A stretch of DNA of 64,000 bases, taken from the NCBI GenBank assembly GCA_044866955.1, contig JBIOUH010000106.1, positions 22,395 to 86,394 on the forward strand. Reading direction: 5' to 3'. The notes under the pieces were generated by a model. That model searched no databases, was not told the DNA's origin, and worked only from the letters and a program-made list of their open reading frames with translations. This document shows positions 39,435-47,731 of this stretch, piece by piece. Both the position numbers and the translations under genes were made by a program. This stretch comes from Steroidobacteraceae bacterium (lineage in GTDB: Bacteria > Pseudomonadota > Gammaproteobacteria > Steroidobacterales > Steroidobacteraceae). How positions within the stretch are numbered: position 1 is the first letter of the stretch; the number at the start of each line of letters is the position of its first letter.

Positions 39435-40036
39435 ACACGATCCGCCGCGGCCATTCGTTCCTCGGCCAGCAATTCCCGCAGTCTGGCACGCGCCCGGTGC
39501 AGGCGCGACTTCAGGGTGCCCAGGGGAATTTCCATAATCTGCGCGAGCTCCGGCAGCGTGTAATCCTCGATGTCGTGCATCGCCAGCACCACGCGGTGCT
39601 CCTCGCCCAGCTGGTCCCAGGCGCGCAGCAGGCGTTCCTGGGTGACTTCCTGCTCGACCAGATCCTGGGGCCCCGGGCGCGGATCGAGCCAGGCTTCGCT
39701 CTCTCCGACGACCCCCTCGTCATCGACGTCCGGCTCCGCCCCGAACTGCACTGGCGAGCTGCGCTCGCGCCGCAGCTGATCGACGAAGATCCGGTACATG
39801 ACTCGCAGCACCCACGGCCGGAGCTGATCGAGCTTGCGCAGCTCGGCAAGGCGCGGATACAGACGCAGCAGCAGCTGCTGCACCAGGTCTTCAGCGCGGT
39901 CGACAGCGCCCGTCCAGCGATACGCGGAGCGGTAGAGCGCGGGAACGTGCTCACGCAGGAGCTGAGCGAATTCGACGGCGTCGTTCGTCTCGGCGGTGCG
40001 GGATGCCGTGCGCTTCAGCCAAGTCATGCGCTGCAT
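39431..40036 (-). CDS. ECF RNA polymerase sigma-70 factor
   Basis: Region 2 AEDLVQ...PWVLRVMYRIFVDQLRR; region 4 ELAQIMEIPLGTLKSRLHRAR. Confidence 0.93.
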   Translation of the reverse strand: MQRMTWLKRTASRTAETNDAVEFAQLLREHVPALYRSAYRWTGAVDRAEDLVQQLLLRLYPRLAELRKLDQLRPWVLRVMYRIFVDQLRRERSSPVQFGAEPDVDDEGVVGESEAWLDPRPGPQDLVEQEVTQERLLRAWDQLGEEHRVVLAMHDIEDYTLPELAQIMEIPLGTLKSRLHRARARLRELLAEERMAAADRV

Positions 40037-40045
40037 TTAAAACCA

Positions 40046-40103
40046 ACACGAGCACCCCGGTCGAATGGTTCCGAGGGGAACCCTTCGGTGCACGTCTCCG
40101 TGT
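40046..40103. promoter_or_regulatory. Back-to-back divergent ECF promoters GGAACC-N16-CGTGT
   Basis: Minus strand: GGAACC 40072-40067 and CGTGT 40050-40046. Plus strand: GGAACC 40077-40082 and CGTGT 40099-40103. Confidence 0.75.
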
Positions 40104-40131
40104 GTCGGTGGAAGACACAGGAGAACTGCGC

Positions 40132-41055
40132 ATGCGGAATTCATTCTCGGCGGTAACCATTTCGATGGCGCTTGGCCTGGCTGCGTGCAGCGGCGGTGGC
40201 GGCGGTGGCAACGAAACCGGACGGCTCAGTCTCGCAGTCACCGATGCGCCCGTCGACGATGCGAGCAGCGTCGTCGTGCAGTTCAGCGGCGTCGCATTCA
40301 AGCGTGCCGGAGCAGCGCCGGAGCTGGTGCAGAACCTCACTCCGTCGCCGCGGCAGCTCGACCTGCTGCAGTATCAGGAGGGCCGAGCCGCCCTGCTGCT
40401 CGATGGCGTCACGCTGCCCGCGGGCGACTACGAATGGATTCGCCTCATCGTCGACAACGAGACGGGCGTGCGCGATTCGTACCTCGTGCTCACCGGCGGC
40501 GAGGAGTGCGAGCTGCTGGTGCCGAGCGGCGCGGAGTCGGGCCTCAAGCTCAATCGCGGCTTCACCTTGCCGGCCGACGGCAGCGTCGCGCTGACGATCG
40601 ATTTCGACCTGCGCAAGTCGATCCATGCGCCGCCCGGTCAGCAAGGCGCAGCCGCAGCCTGCACCCAGGGTTACCTGATGCGCCCGACGCTGCGCATCGT
40701 CGACGATGCCAACGTAGGCGCGATTGCCGGCCACGTCGCCAGCGAGCTCGTGACGGAGCAGTGCCTGCCGAAGGTCTATGTGTTCCCCGGCGCGGGCGCA
40801 ACGCCCGACGACATCGAGGAGAGCGATGGGGCCGATGCGGATCCGCTCGTGGTCGCCGACGTCGCGGTGGAGAACGGCAGCACCGCCTTCGCGTATCGCG
40901 CTGCTTTCCTGCCGCCGGGGCCCTACACCGTTGCTTTCACGTGCGATGACGATGACGCGACCGTCGACGACACGCTGACGTTCGTCGGCGCGCAGGATGT
41001 GACCGTGCAGACGAATATGATCAGCACGGCGGACTTCGCTGTGCCGACATCCTGA
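40132..41055 (+). CDS. DUF4382 domain lipoprotein
   Basis: AGGAG RBS; lipobox LAAC; LAVTDAPVDDA, VPSGAESGLKL, IDFDLRKS. Confidence 0.85.
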   Translation: MRNSFSAVTISMALGLAACSGGGGGGNETGRLSLAVTDAPVDDASSVVVQFSGVAFKRAGAAPELVQNLTPSPRQLDLLQYQEGRAALLLDGVTLPAGDYEWIRLIVDNETGVRDSYLVLTGGEECELLVPSGAESGLKLNRGFTLPADGSVALTIDFDLRKSIHAPPGQQGAAAACTQGYLMRPTLRIVDDANVGAIAGHVASELVTEQCLPKVYVFPGAGATPDDIEESDGADADPLVVADVAVENGSTAFAYRAAFLPPGPYTVAFTCDDDDATVDDTLTFVGAQDVTVQTNMISTADFAVPTS

Positions 41056-41101
41056 GCCCACGGCGCGATCGGCGGGCCTGGGACCGGCTTCGACAAGGAA
41101 A

Positions 41102-42178
41102 TCAGTCGGAGCGTTGGTCCTGGGCGGCCGGGCTGCGCAGCAACTCGGCAAGGTGCTCTTTCCAGACTGCGGCGACAGTGTGTGTGCCATGGCCGCGCGA
41201 GAGCGGCGTCATCGGGATCACCACGGCGCGGCCGCGCGGCACGCGCTTGATCTCGCGCTCGAGGATGCCGAGCTCGGGCGGATTGATCAGGTCGTCCGCG
41301 AAATTGATCGCGAGCAGCGCCGCGCGGATCTTCTCCAGCCCCGGCCCGGGGTCGTAGTCGCGCGAAGATTCGAGCTGATAGAGCAGGTCGTTCGCGTCGG
41401 CATGATGCAACGAGTCTGCGACCGCAGCATCGAACACCGAGTCGCTGGTCTTCAGGTCCGGCATCTGCTGCTGGCGCAGGACGGGATTGCTTCCGACCAG
41501 CCATAGCATCTGTTCGGCCGTGCGCAACCCCGGCGGCTGCTCGCGGTATTCGCCGTTCTGCCACTGCGTATCGAGGCGGATCGCGTCGATCGCAATCCGC
41601 CGCCAGGCGCGGTTGCGGCCGGAGATCTGCGTCGGCAGGCTCGCGAGCGGCAGCAGTGCGTCCATCATTTCCGGATAGCGCTCGCCCCACAGCCACGTGT
41701 GCATGCCGCCCATCGATGTGCCCATGACCAGCCGCAGATGCTTCACGCCGAGCGCTTCAGTGAGCAGCCGATACTGCGCGGTAATCATGTCGGCGTAAGC
41801 GTAGTGCGGAAAGCGCGCGCGCAGGCCATCGCTCGGCTTGCTCGACTCGCCGTGACCGATGCCGTCCGGCAGAATGATGAAGAAGCGCGCGCTGTCCAGC
41901 TCGCCCCCGGGACGGAACAACTCGCCCGAGAATTCCGGACGCAGGAACTGCGCGCCGCTGCCGCCGGTGCCATGCATGATGAGCACCGCGTTGCTCGCCA
42001 CACCGCGCGCGTCGCGTTGCAGAGTGCCGAGCGTCCGGTAATGCAGGCGCAGCTCGGGCAGCGTTTCGCCGGAAGCGAACTGGAAGTCTTTCAGCACGAA
42101 GTCGCCTTCGTGCACGGCCGGTTCAGCTGCGAGCGCGGTGCCGGCGACGAAGGCGAGGAGAGCGCAGGCGAGTTTCAT
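41102..42178 (-). CDS. Secreted alpha/beta hydrolase (homoserine acetyltransferase-like fold)
   Basis: Signal peptide; HGTGGSG, GTSMGG, ADDLINPP, RGHGTH. Confidence 0.85.
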   Translation of the reverse strand: MKLACALLAFVAGTALAAEPAVHEGDFVLKDFQFASGETLPELRLHYRTLGTLQRDARGVASNAVLIMHGTGGSGAQFLRPEFSGELFRPGGELDSARFFIILPDGIGHGESSKPSDGLRARFPHYAYADMITAQYRLLTEALGVKHLRLVMGTSMGGMHTWLWGERYPEMMDALLPLASLPTQISGRNRAWRRIAIDAIRLDTQWQNGEYREQPPGLRTAEQMLWLVGSNPVLRQQQMPDLKTSDSVFDAAVADSLHHADANDLLYQLESSRDYDPGPGLEKIRAALLAINFADDLINPPELGILEREIKRVPRGRAVVIPMTPLSRGHGTHTVAAVWKEHLAELLRSPAAQDQRSD

Positions 42179-43410
42179 GGCCGGGCATGATAAACCAGCC
42201 CGGCTTTTGCGGTCTCATTCGAAGTCGTGTTGCTGGGTACGTGCATCTTCACGCACACGCAGCGGTTGCGGCCCTGATGCTTCGCTGCGTACAGCGCGTT
42301 GTCCGCGATCTTGGCGACCGCCTGATACGAAGCTGCGGCGTTGGGATGATGCGTGGCGACGCCGACACTGATGCTCACGCTGCCGCCGGTGCTGGAGCCC
42401 GCATGCGGAATCGCAAGAGCAGCCACGTCGGCGACGATGCGTTGTGCTGTGGCTTCGGCGTCGGCGGCACTGCGGTCGATCAGCACAGCGATGAGCTCCT
42501 CGCCGCCGTAGCGCGCCAGCAGATCGGCCGCGTTGCCGGCGACGCCGGTGCGAACGGCTTGCGCGATGCGTTGCAGGCAATCGTCGCCGGCGAGATGGCC
42601 GTAGTGATCGTTGTAGCGCTTGAAGTCGTCGACATCGATCATCAGCACCGAGATCGGCAGGCGCCGCGCGGTTGCTTCGCGCCACACATCGCTCACGCGC
42701 GCTTCGAACGTCTGCCGGTTGAGCAGACGCGTCAGGCCATCGAGCGCCGCCATTTCACCGAGCAGCTGGCGCTCGAGAAACGCCGTGCGATTCGCGTGCT
42801 CGAGCGCGTACGCGCCCGCGCCGCCGATGACGTTGGCGCACAGCACTGCAAACGCCAGATAGATCGCGACTTGCGGCGCGATGACCTCGCTCAGTCCAGC
42901 CACGACGAGTGCGCCGAGAACGATCAGATTGCTGCGCAACGCCGGCGCAAAGCGCATGCCCAGCATGAAGTACAGAAAGAATGCGACCAGCAACAGCCGC
43001 GCGCCGACCAGGGGCGCGAATTGCGGCTCCGCGTAGCAGGCCATGACCACGCTGCCGATGCCGAACAACGGTGCGGCGAACTGGATCGCGGGTTGGTACA
43101 GCCGCAGGTACAGCGGCTTGATGATAGTCGCGAGCAGGCACAACAGGATCACGGGCACCTGCAGGCCGAAGCGCACCAGGTCGGGTACAGCGTTGCTGGA
43201 GCGGATCACCCAGTGATCGATCATCGCGAAGCCGAGCGTGGTGCCGAGCGCGACCAGGATGCTCAGGCGCACCCAGCGCTGCGAGCCGAGCAGGTGATGA
43301 CGGCGGAATTCGCTTTCCAGCGCCGGCGGGAAGCGCAGGCGTGCGAAGCCGTCCGCGAGCACGCGGGCTGCCAGCGGATCGTCGCTTCCGGAACGCGCCG
43401 TGGAACGCAT
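42175..43410 (-). CDS. Membrane-bound GGDEF diguanylate cyclase
   Basis: About 6 TM segments; DGLTRLLNR, DVDDFKRYNDHYGHLAGD, RYGGEEL. Confidence 0.9.
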   Translation of the reverse strand: MRSTARSGSDDPLAARVLADGFARLRFPPALESEFRRHHLLGSQRWVRLSILVALGTTLGFAMIDHWVIRSSNAVPDLVRFGLQVPVILLCLLATIIKPLYLRLYQPAIQFAAPLFGIGSVVMACYAEPQFAPLVGARLLLVAFFLYFMLGMRFAPALRSNLIVLGALVVAGLSEVIAPQVAIYLAFAVLCANVIGGAGAYALEHANRTAFLERQLLGEMAALDGLTRLLNRQTFEARVSDVWREATARRLPISVLMIDVDDFKRYNDHYGHLAGDDCLQRIAQAVRTGVAGNAADLLARYGGEELIAVLIDRSAADAEATAQRIVADVAALAIPHAGSSTGGSVSISVGVATHHPNAAASYQAVAKIADNALYAAKHQGRNRCVCVKMHVPSNTTSNETAKAGLVYHARP

Positions 43411-43492
43411 TGCTTAAAGCCGCGGGAAAAAAACCATCAGGATGCTGCGCGAGGCGCAGCGTACGACGCATCGGCCGAAAGTACCAGAGAGC

Positions 43493-43564
43493 GAGAAGCG
43501 GTTGGCGGTTGGCGGAGTTTGCAGCATCTCACGAACCGCCACCGCTAACCGCTAACCGCTTCTC
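43493..43564. repeat. Palindrome built from AACCGC(T/C) heptamers
   Basis: GAGAAGCGGTTGGCGGTTGGCGG (43493-43515) is the inverted copy of CCGCTAACCGCTAACCGCTTCTC (43542-43564) at 21 of 23 positions. Confidence 0.65.
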
Positions 43565-45311
43565 TCTTCACGCTCACTGCGTGCATGGTGTCAAAAAGGA
43601 TCACGCAGTTGCGTCCGGCGAATTTCGCCCGATACAGCGCAGCGTCTGCATGCGCGAGCAGCTGGCGCAGCTCGTAGCCGGAGGATGAGGTTGCGGCCAC
43701 GCCGAAACTCGCCGAAACCGTCGAGCCCGGGTTGGCGGAATCGGTGGTGACCGTCGCGATCGCGGCGCGCAGTTGCTCGCACCGCTGACGCGCATCCGCG
43801 AGGCTGCAGCCCGGCAGCAGGATGCAGAATTCTTCGCCGCCGAAGCGGCCGAACAGATCGCTGGCGCGCAGATGAGTGCGGCACGCCAGCACGGCCTGGC
43901 GCAGCACGTGATCGCCGGTCGCGTGCCCGTACTTGTCGTTGATCGCCTTGAAATGATCCAGGTCGCACAGGATCACGCATACTTCTTCGCCGACCCTGCG
44001 GCTGGCTTCGAGCGCGCGCTCCGCCTGTGCGATGAAGTACGGGCGGTTGTCGATACCTGTCAGGCCATCGGTGCGCGACAGCTTCATGAAGTGCAGCTGC
44101 GAGCGCTTGGTGCGATACGCAAACAGCGCGATGAACACGGCGACGAGGATCAGCAACGCGATGTACAGGCGGCTCGTCTCCACCGCCTTCTTACCGAGCG
44201 CCTGCTGCAGCTGCAGAACCTCGTTTTGCTTGTTGAGCGCATCGATCTGCAAACGATTCGCGGCCGCTTCGTGCTTTGCGCGCTCGTACGCGATCTGCCG
44301 CGCGCTGACGTCGTCGAGATAGCCCTTGTCCGCGGCCGCGTACTTCTCGTGATAAGCGAGCGCGGCTTTGGCGTCGCCCTGTTCCAGCGCGAGCTGGTAC
44401 AGCAGGCGGTACGCGTTCACCATCGGCTCGGTGTACTGATTCTGGCTGCTGGCATCGGCGACGACGCTCGAGGCGAATTGCCGGGCCGTCGCCGACTCGC
44501 CCTGGTTCTTGTAGGCGCGCGCCAGCCAGGCATCGTATTCGGCGATCAGCCGTCGATAACGCGTGGCGCGGGTCTCGGCGTAGTAGCTGCTCAACAGCTT
44601 GATCGCGTCGGCGTTGCGCCCCTGGTCGATGTAGAAACGGGCGATATAGACGCGGATCAGGTTTGCCCACAGCACTTCGCCTATTTCGCCGCAGGTCGAG
44701 ATGGCGTTGACGAACGGCTGCATCATGTCGGCCGCCAGCCGGCCGCTGCGATACAGCGCCTCGAGACGCAGTTGACTGCTGCGGCACACTGCGCGGACCG
44801 ACGTATCTTCGGCGGCGGCCCGGTCGGCATAGCTCAATCCCAGGTCGTACTCGCCAACCTGGTTGTAGAGATAGCCGATGACCAGCAGGCCCTGCTGGCG
44901 CGCATCCTTGTCCGTGACTTCGGGCAGCAACGCCAGCAGCCGACCGAGTTGCGCGAATGCTTCATCGTAGTGCGTCCCCAAAGCCTGCGCGTTTGCGATC
45001 GTGGCGCTGGCGCGGAAGCGCAGCGTGACGTCGCGCGACTCCTCGATGATCTGCTCCAGCGGCGGGATCGCCCGCGCGTAATCGCCGGCGTAGGCGCTGC
45101 GCCAGCCTTTGAGGTACTGCAGAAACTGCTGCTGCGGCCGGGAGAACGTCGCGGACTGCTCATCGAGCTGGCCCATCAGCGTGCTGAACTCGGTCGGATT
45201 GACGCCCTTGACCTCGTCAGCCCGCCGCAGCAACGCGTCCACTTCCTGCGTCGTCAAAGCGAGTGCTGCGCCAACGAGCAACGAGCACAACAATGCCACT
45301 GCGCCCGACAT
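43545..45311 (-). CDS. Diguanylate cyclase with periplasmic helical (TPR-like) sensor domain
   Basis: Signal or TM, long helical-repeat region, TM, DGLTG, DLDHFKAINDKYGH, RASD I-site, GGEEF. Confidence 0.92.
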   Translation of the reverse strand: MSGAVALLCSLLVGAALALTTQEVDALLRRADEVKGVNPTEFSTLMGQLDEQSATFSRPQQQFLQYLKGWRSAYAGDYARAIPPLEQIIEESRDVTLRFRASATIANAQALGTHYDEAFAQLGRLLALLPEVTDKDARQQGLLVIGYLYNQVGEYDLGLSYADRAAAEDTSVRAVCRSSQLRLEALYRSGRLAADMMQPFVNAISTCGEIGEVLWANLIRVYIARFYIDQGRNADAIKLLSSYYAETRATRYRRLIAEYDAWLARAYKNQGESATARQFASSVVADASSQNQYTEPMVNAYRLLYQLALEQGDAKAALAYHEKYAAADKGYLDDVSARQIAYERAKHEAAANRLQIDALNKQNEVLQLQQALGKKAVETSRLYIALLILVAVFIALFAYRTKRSQLHFMKLSRTDGLTGIDNRPYFIAQAERALEASRRVGEEVCVILCDLDHFKAINDKYGHATGDHVLRQAVLACRTHLRASDLFGRFGGEEFCILLPGCSLADARQRCEQLRAAIATVTTDSANPGSTVSASFGVAATSSSGYELRQLLAHADAALYRAKFAGRNCVILFDTMHAVSVKREAVSG

Positions 45312-45388
45312 GAGACGTCGGGCGGCATGCCGTCCGCTCGAATCCAATCGCTGCCGCTGCACGGGCCTTCCTGCGCGGGGCGCGCTCC

Positions 45389-45655
45389 TCAGACGAACGC
45401 TTTGTCGTCTTCTTCCTCGTCCTCTTCCTCGTCTTCGTCGGGCTCCGCCGGATCCGGCTTCACCACCAGACAACAGACGTTCGGCTGTGCGCCGAGCAAC
45501 TCGCCGAGGCGCAGCGGATCGTCGGCGAGCAACGCGCTGCGCACCTCGGGAGCGATGCCGGCGGCGGCGATAGCTCGCTCCAGCTCCGCGGGCGCGGCGT
45601 GACGCAGGCGGGCGTTGCGACCGAGCTGGTCCAGGAACTCGATGACATCCATCAT
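45389..45655 (-). CDS. Split-borosin precursor peptide (SonA-like, 88 aa)
   Basis: AAGGAG RBS; helical leader EFLDQLGRNARL...AAAGIAPEVRSALLADD..L..LLG resembling the SonA borosin-binding domain; core NVCCLVVKP; acidic tail. Confidence 0.8.
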   Translation of the reverse strand: MMDVIEFLDQLGRNARLRHAAPAELERAIAAAGIAPEVRSALLADDPLRLGELLGAQPNVCCLVVKPDPAEPDEDEEEDEEEDDKAFV

Positions 45656-45756
45656 TTGAGTTTTCTCCTTCGAATGTGGGCGGCCCTGCAGGCCCCGCAA
45701 CCGCGATAAGACTACGCGGAAACTGCAGCCGTGGGCAGCCAAGCAGTGCACAGAAC

Positions 45757-46296
45757 CTAGGGCGGGGAGAGCGTCGCCGGCCGCCAGGACTCGCGATAGG
45801 CCGACCAGCGCCACAGGTTCGCAGCCCGGTCCTCGGGCAAAACCCCGGAGTGACGCACCAGCCCGGCTCCTACCACGAGCCGCTCGCAGACCGCGTGGTC
45901 GACGGCGAACCGTACCCACACCTCATCGACCGAGAGCCTGGCGAATGCATGCGCGATGACCGCGATCATTGCTTCCGTCGCGAAGCCCTGCGTGCGCCCA
46001 GATGACACGACCATGACACCCAGTTCGGCTTGCCGCCGTACCCTGTCGAAGTTCTGCAGCGTGCACAGGCCGATGGGCTGCTGCGTGTCCTTGCGGATCA
46101 GCGTGAGGAACAGGGCCTGCAGCGGGGCGGCTCGGGTCACTTTGAGGACATCGCGGAAGGCGCGCTCGGCGTCAGTGCGCGTCCAGGCCGTGCCGATGTG
46201 GCGCATCGTTTCGGGATCGCAGAACAGATCGCAGTAGAGCTGTTCGTCGCCTTCGTGCATCGAGCGCACGATCAGCTGCGCAGTGCTCAGCTCCAT
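45757..46296 (-). CDS. GNAT N-acetyltransferase (RimJ/RimL-like)
   Basis: MELSTAQLIVRSM, DPETMRHIG, AELGVMV...GRTQGFATEA; overlaps the methyltransferase stop. Confidence 0.82.
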   Translation of the reverse strand: MELSTAQLIVRSMHEGDEQLYCDLFCDPETMRHIGTAWTRTDAERAFRDVLKVTRAAPLQALFLTLIRKDTQQPIGLCTLQNFDRVRRQAELGVMVVSSGRTQGFATEAMIAVIAHAFARLSVDEVWVRFAVDHAVCERLVVGAGLVRHSGVLPEDRAANLWRWSAYRESWRPATLSPP

Positions 46297-47081
46297 GTGC
46301 GCCGGTCGAGCGCCGCGAGCCGTTCGCGGGTCTGCTCGTCGGGTTGCAACCCGGCCGCCGGTGGAATGACGACGGTCGCGTGCATATCGATGTCGACGTT
46401 GGGCAGCTGTGCGATGGTCGTGCGCTCGATGCGCGGCTGCTGCGTCGGCAGCGTTGCGACCTTGTAGATGATCGCCTCGTGGCCGGGTTCGTAGTCGCGC
46501 AGCAGTACATCGACGAGCACCTGGCGATAGTCGGCACCGGTGGAGAAGCGCATCAGCGATCGGTCGCCGGCGACACCGACCTGCCACAGCACGAGATATG
46601 CGGTCGGATCGATGCGGCGTCGATACAGCATCAACTGGCTCGCTTCGAAGTGCTGGCAGCCGAAGCGGCCCGGGTCGATGCCGAGATCCGCGTACAGGCA
46701 ATCTTCGGCCGAGACGCCCGGCTCCATGTGAGCTGCATAGCCCTCGCGGCGCGCCAGCTCGATCGCTTCGTGCGGCACGCCGGCGAAGACGCCGGGATGT
46801 CCGTAGAACGCACCGCAGACTCGCTTGCCAGCGCGTACTTCCGCGAGCATGGCCGCAACCATCTGCCGGTAGCTGTCGGCTCGCGACTTTCCTTCGCGAT
46901 AGAACGATTGCAGGCTGCGCACGTCGGCATTTATTTTCGTCAGCCACAGTTCGACGATGCCGTCGGACGTCGCGGCGAACACGACGTCGGCCTCTTCGAT
47001 GTAACTGCGGCTGAGCGGAGTGAGGTGCGAGCCGAGCGTCATGCCGATTCCGACGCAGACCAGGCTGCCGGTCCCTTTCAT
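46287..47081 (-). CDS. Borosin-type SAM-dependent alpha-N-methyltransferase (SonM-like)
   Basis: GSLVCVG, SRSYIEEADVV, FY...KSRADSY, AFYGHPGVF, MEPGVSAEDCLYADLGIDPG, FEASQ, LWQVG, all matching motifs of Shewanella SonM and fungal OphMA. Confidence 0.9.
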   Translation of the reverse strand: MKGTGSLVCVGIGMTLGSHLTPLSRSYIEEADVVFAATSDGIVELWLTKINADVRSLQSFYREGKSRADSYRQMVAAMLAEVRAGKRVCGAFYGHPGVFAGVPHEAIELARREGYAAHMEPGVSAEDCLYADLGIDPGRFGCQHFEASQLMLYRRRIDPTAYLVLWQVGVAGDRSLMRFSTGADYRQVLVDVLLRDYEPGHEAIIYKVATLPTQQPRIERTTIAQLPNVDIDMHATVVIPPAAGLQPDEQTRERLAALDRRTWS

Positions 47082-47092
47082 GGACGAGACAT

Positions 47093-47731
47093 CTACTGAG
47101 CGTCGGGCTGCACTTCGGGCCTGGCGGCTGCGAAGGCCGGCAGCGCTTCCAGGTGCGTGCTGATCCCGACCAGTGTCGGGAACGGCGTGAGGTCGGTCTT
47201 GAAGCGGCGCGCGTTGAACATCTGCGGCACGAGCAGCACGTCGGCGAGCGACACGGCGTCGCCGAAACAATAACGGCCGCTCGCGGAGAACTCGCGAACC
47301 TGCACTTCCAGGCCGCGAAATCCCTCGGTGACCCAATGGCGATACCAGGTGCCGATGCCGGCGTCGTCCTGCTTCAGCTGGTCGCGCAGATAATTCAGCA
47401 CGCGCAGGTTGTTGAGCGGATGGATCTCGCAGGCGATCGCCATCGCCATCGAGCGCACCCGCGCGCGATCGATCGGATCCTCCGGCAGCAGCGGCGGCGC
47501 CGGATGCCGGTCGTTCAGATACTCGATGATCGCCAGCGATTGCGACAGCACTACGCCGTCGATCGCGAGCGCGGGAATCAGTCCCTGCGGATTGAGCGCC
47601 AGGTAGTCGGGCGTGCGATGCTCGTTGCGCGCAAACGCTTTCGGCAGCGACTCGTACTGCAGCCCCTTGAGATTGAGCGCGATGCGCACGCGGAACGCAG
47701 CGGAGCTGCGGAAAAACGTGTACAGCTTCAT
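47093..47731 (-). CDS. maiA: Maleylacetoacetate isomerase (zeta-class GST)
   Basis: FRSSAAFRVRIALNLKG, NPQGLIP, QSLAIIEYL, IHPLNNLRVL, LVPQMFNARRF. Confidence 0.93.
   Translation of the reverse strand: MKLYTFFRSSAAFRVRIALNLKGLQYESLPKAFARNEHRTPDYLALNPQGLIPALAIDGVVLSQSLAIIEYLNDRHPAPPLLPEDPIDRARVRSMAMAIACEIHPLNNLRVLNYLRDQLKQDDAGIGTWYRHWVTEGFRGLEVQVREFSASGRYCFGDAVSLADVLLVPQMFNARRFKTDLTPFPTLVGISTHLEALPAFAAARPEVQPDAQ

Noticed and set aside
41102-42178. metX homoserine O-acetyltransferase
   Set aside because: It has a cleavable signal peptide and HGTGG in place of the MetX HALSG/HALTG motif, so only the fold is shared.
45656-45756. c-di-GMP riboswitch or sigma54 promoter before the borosin precursor
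   Set aside because: No recognisable riboswitch core; the TGGC...TGCA spacing does not fit GG-N10-GC.
46287-47081. Tetrapyrrole methylase (cobA/cysG-like) annotation
   Set aside because: YGHPGVF and ADLGIDP motifs plus an adjacent SonA-like peptide fit borosin methyltransferases, and no cobalamin or siroheme genes are nearby.
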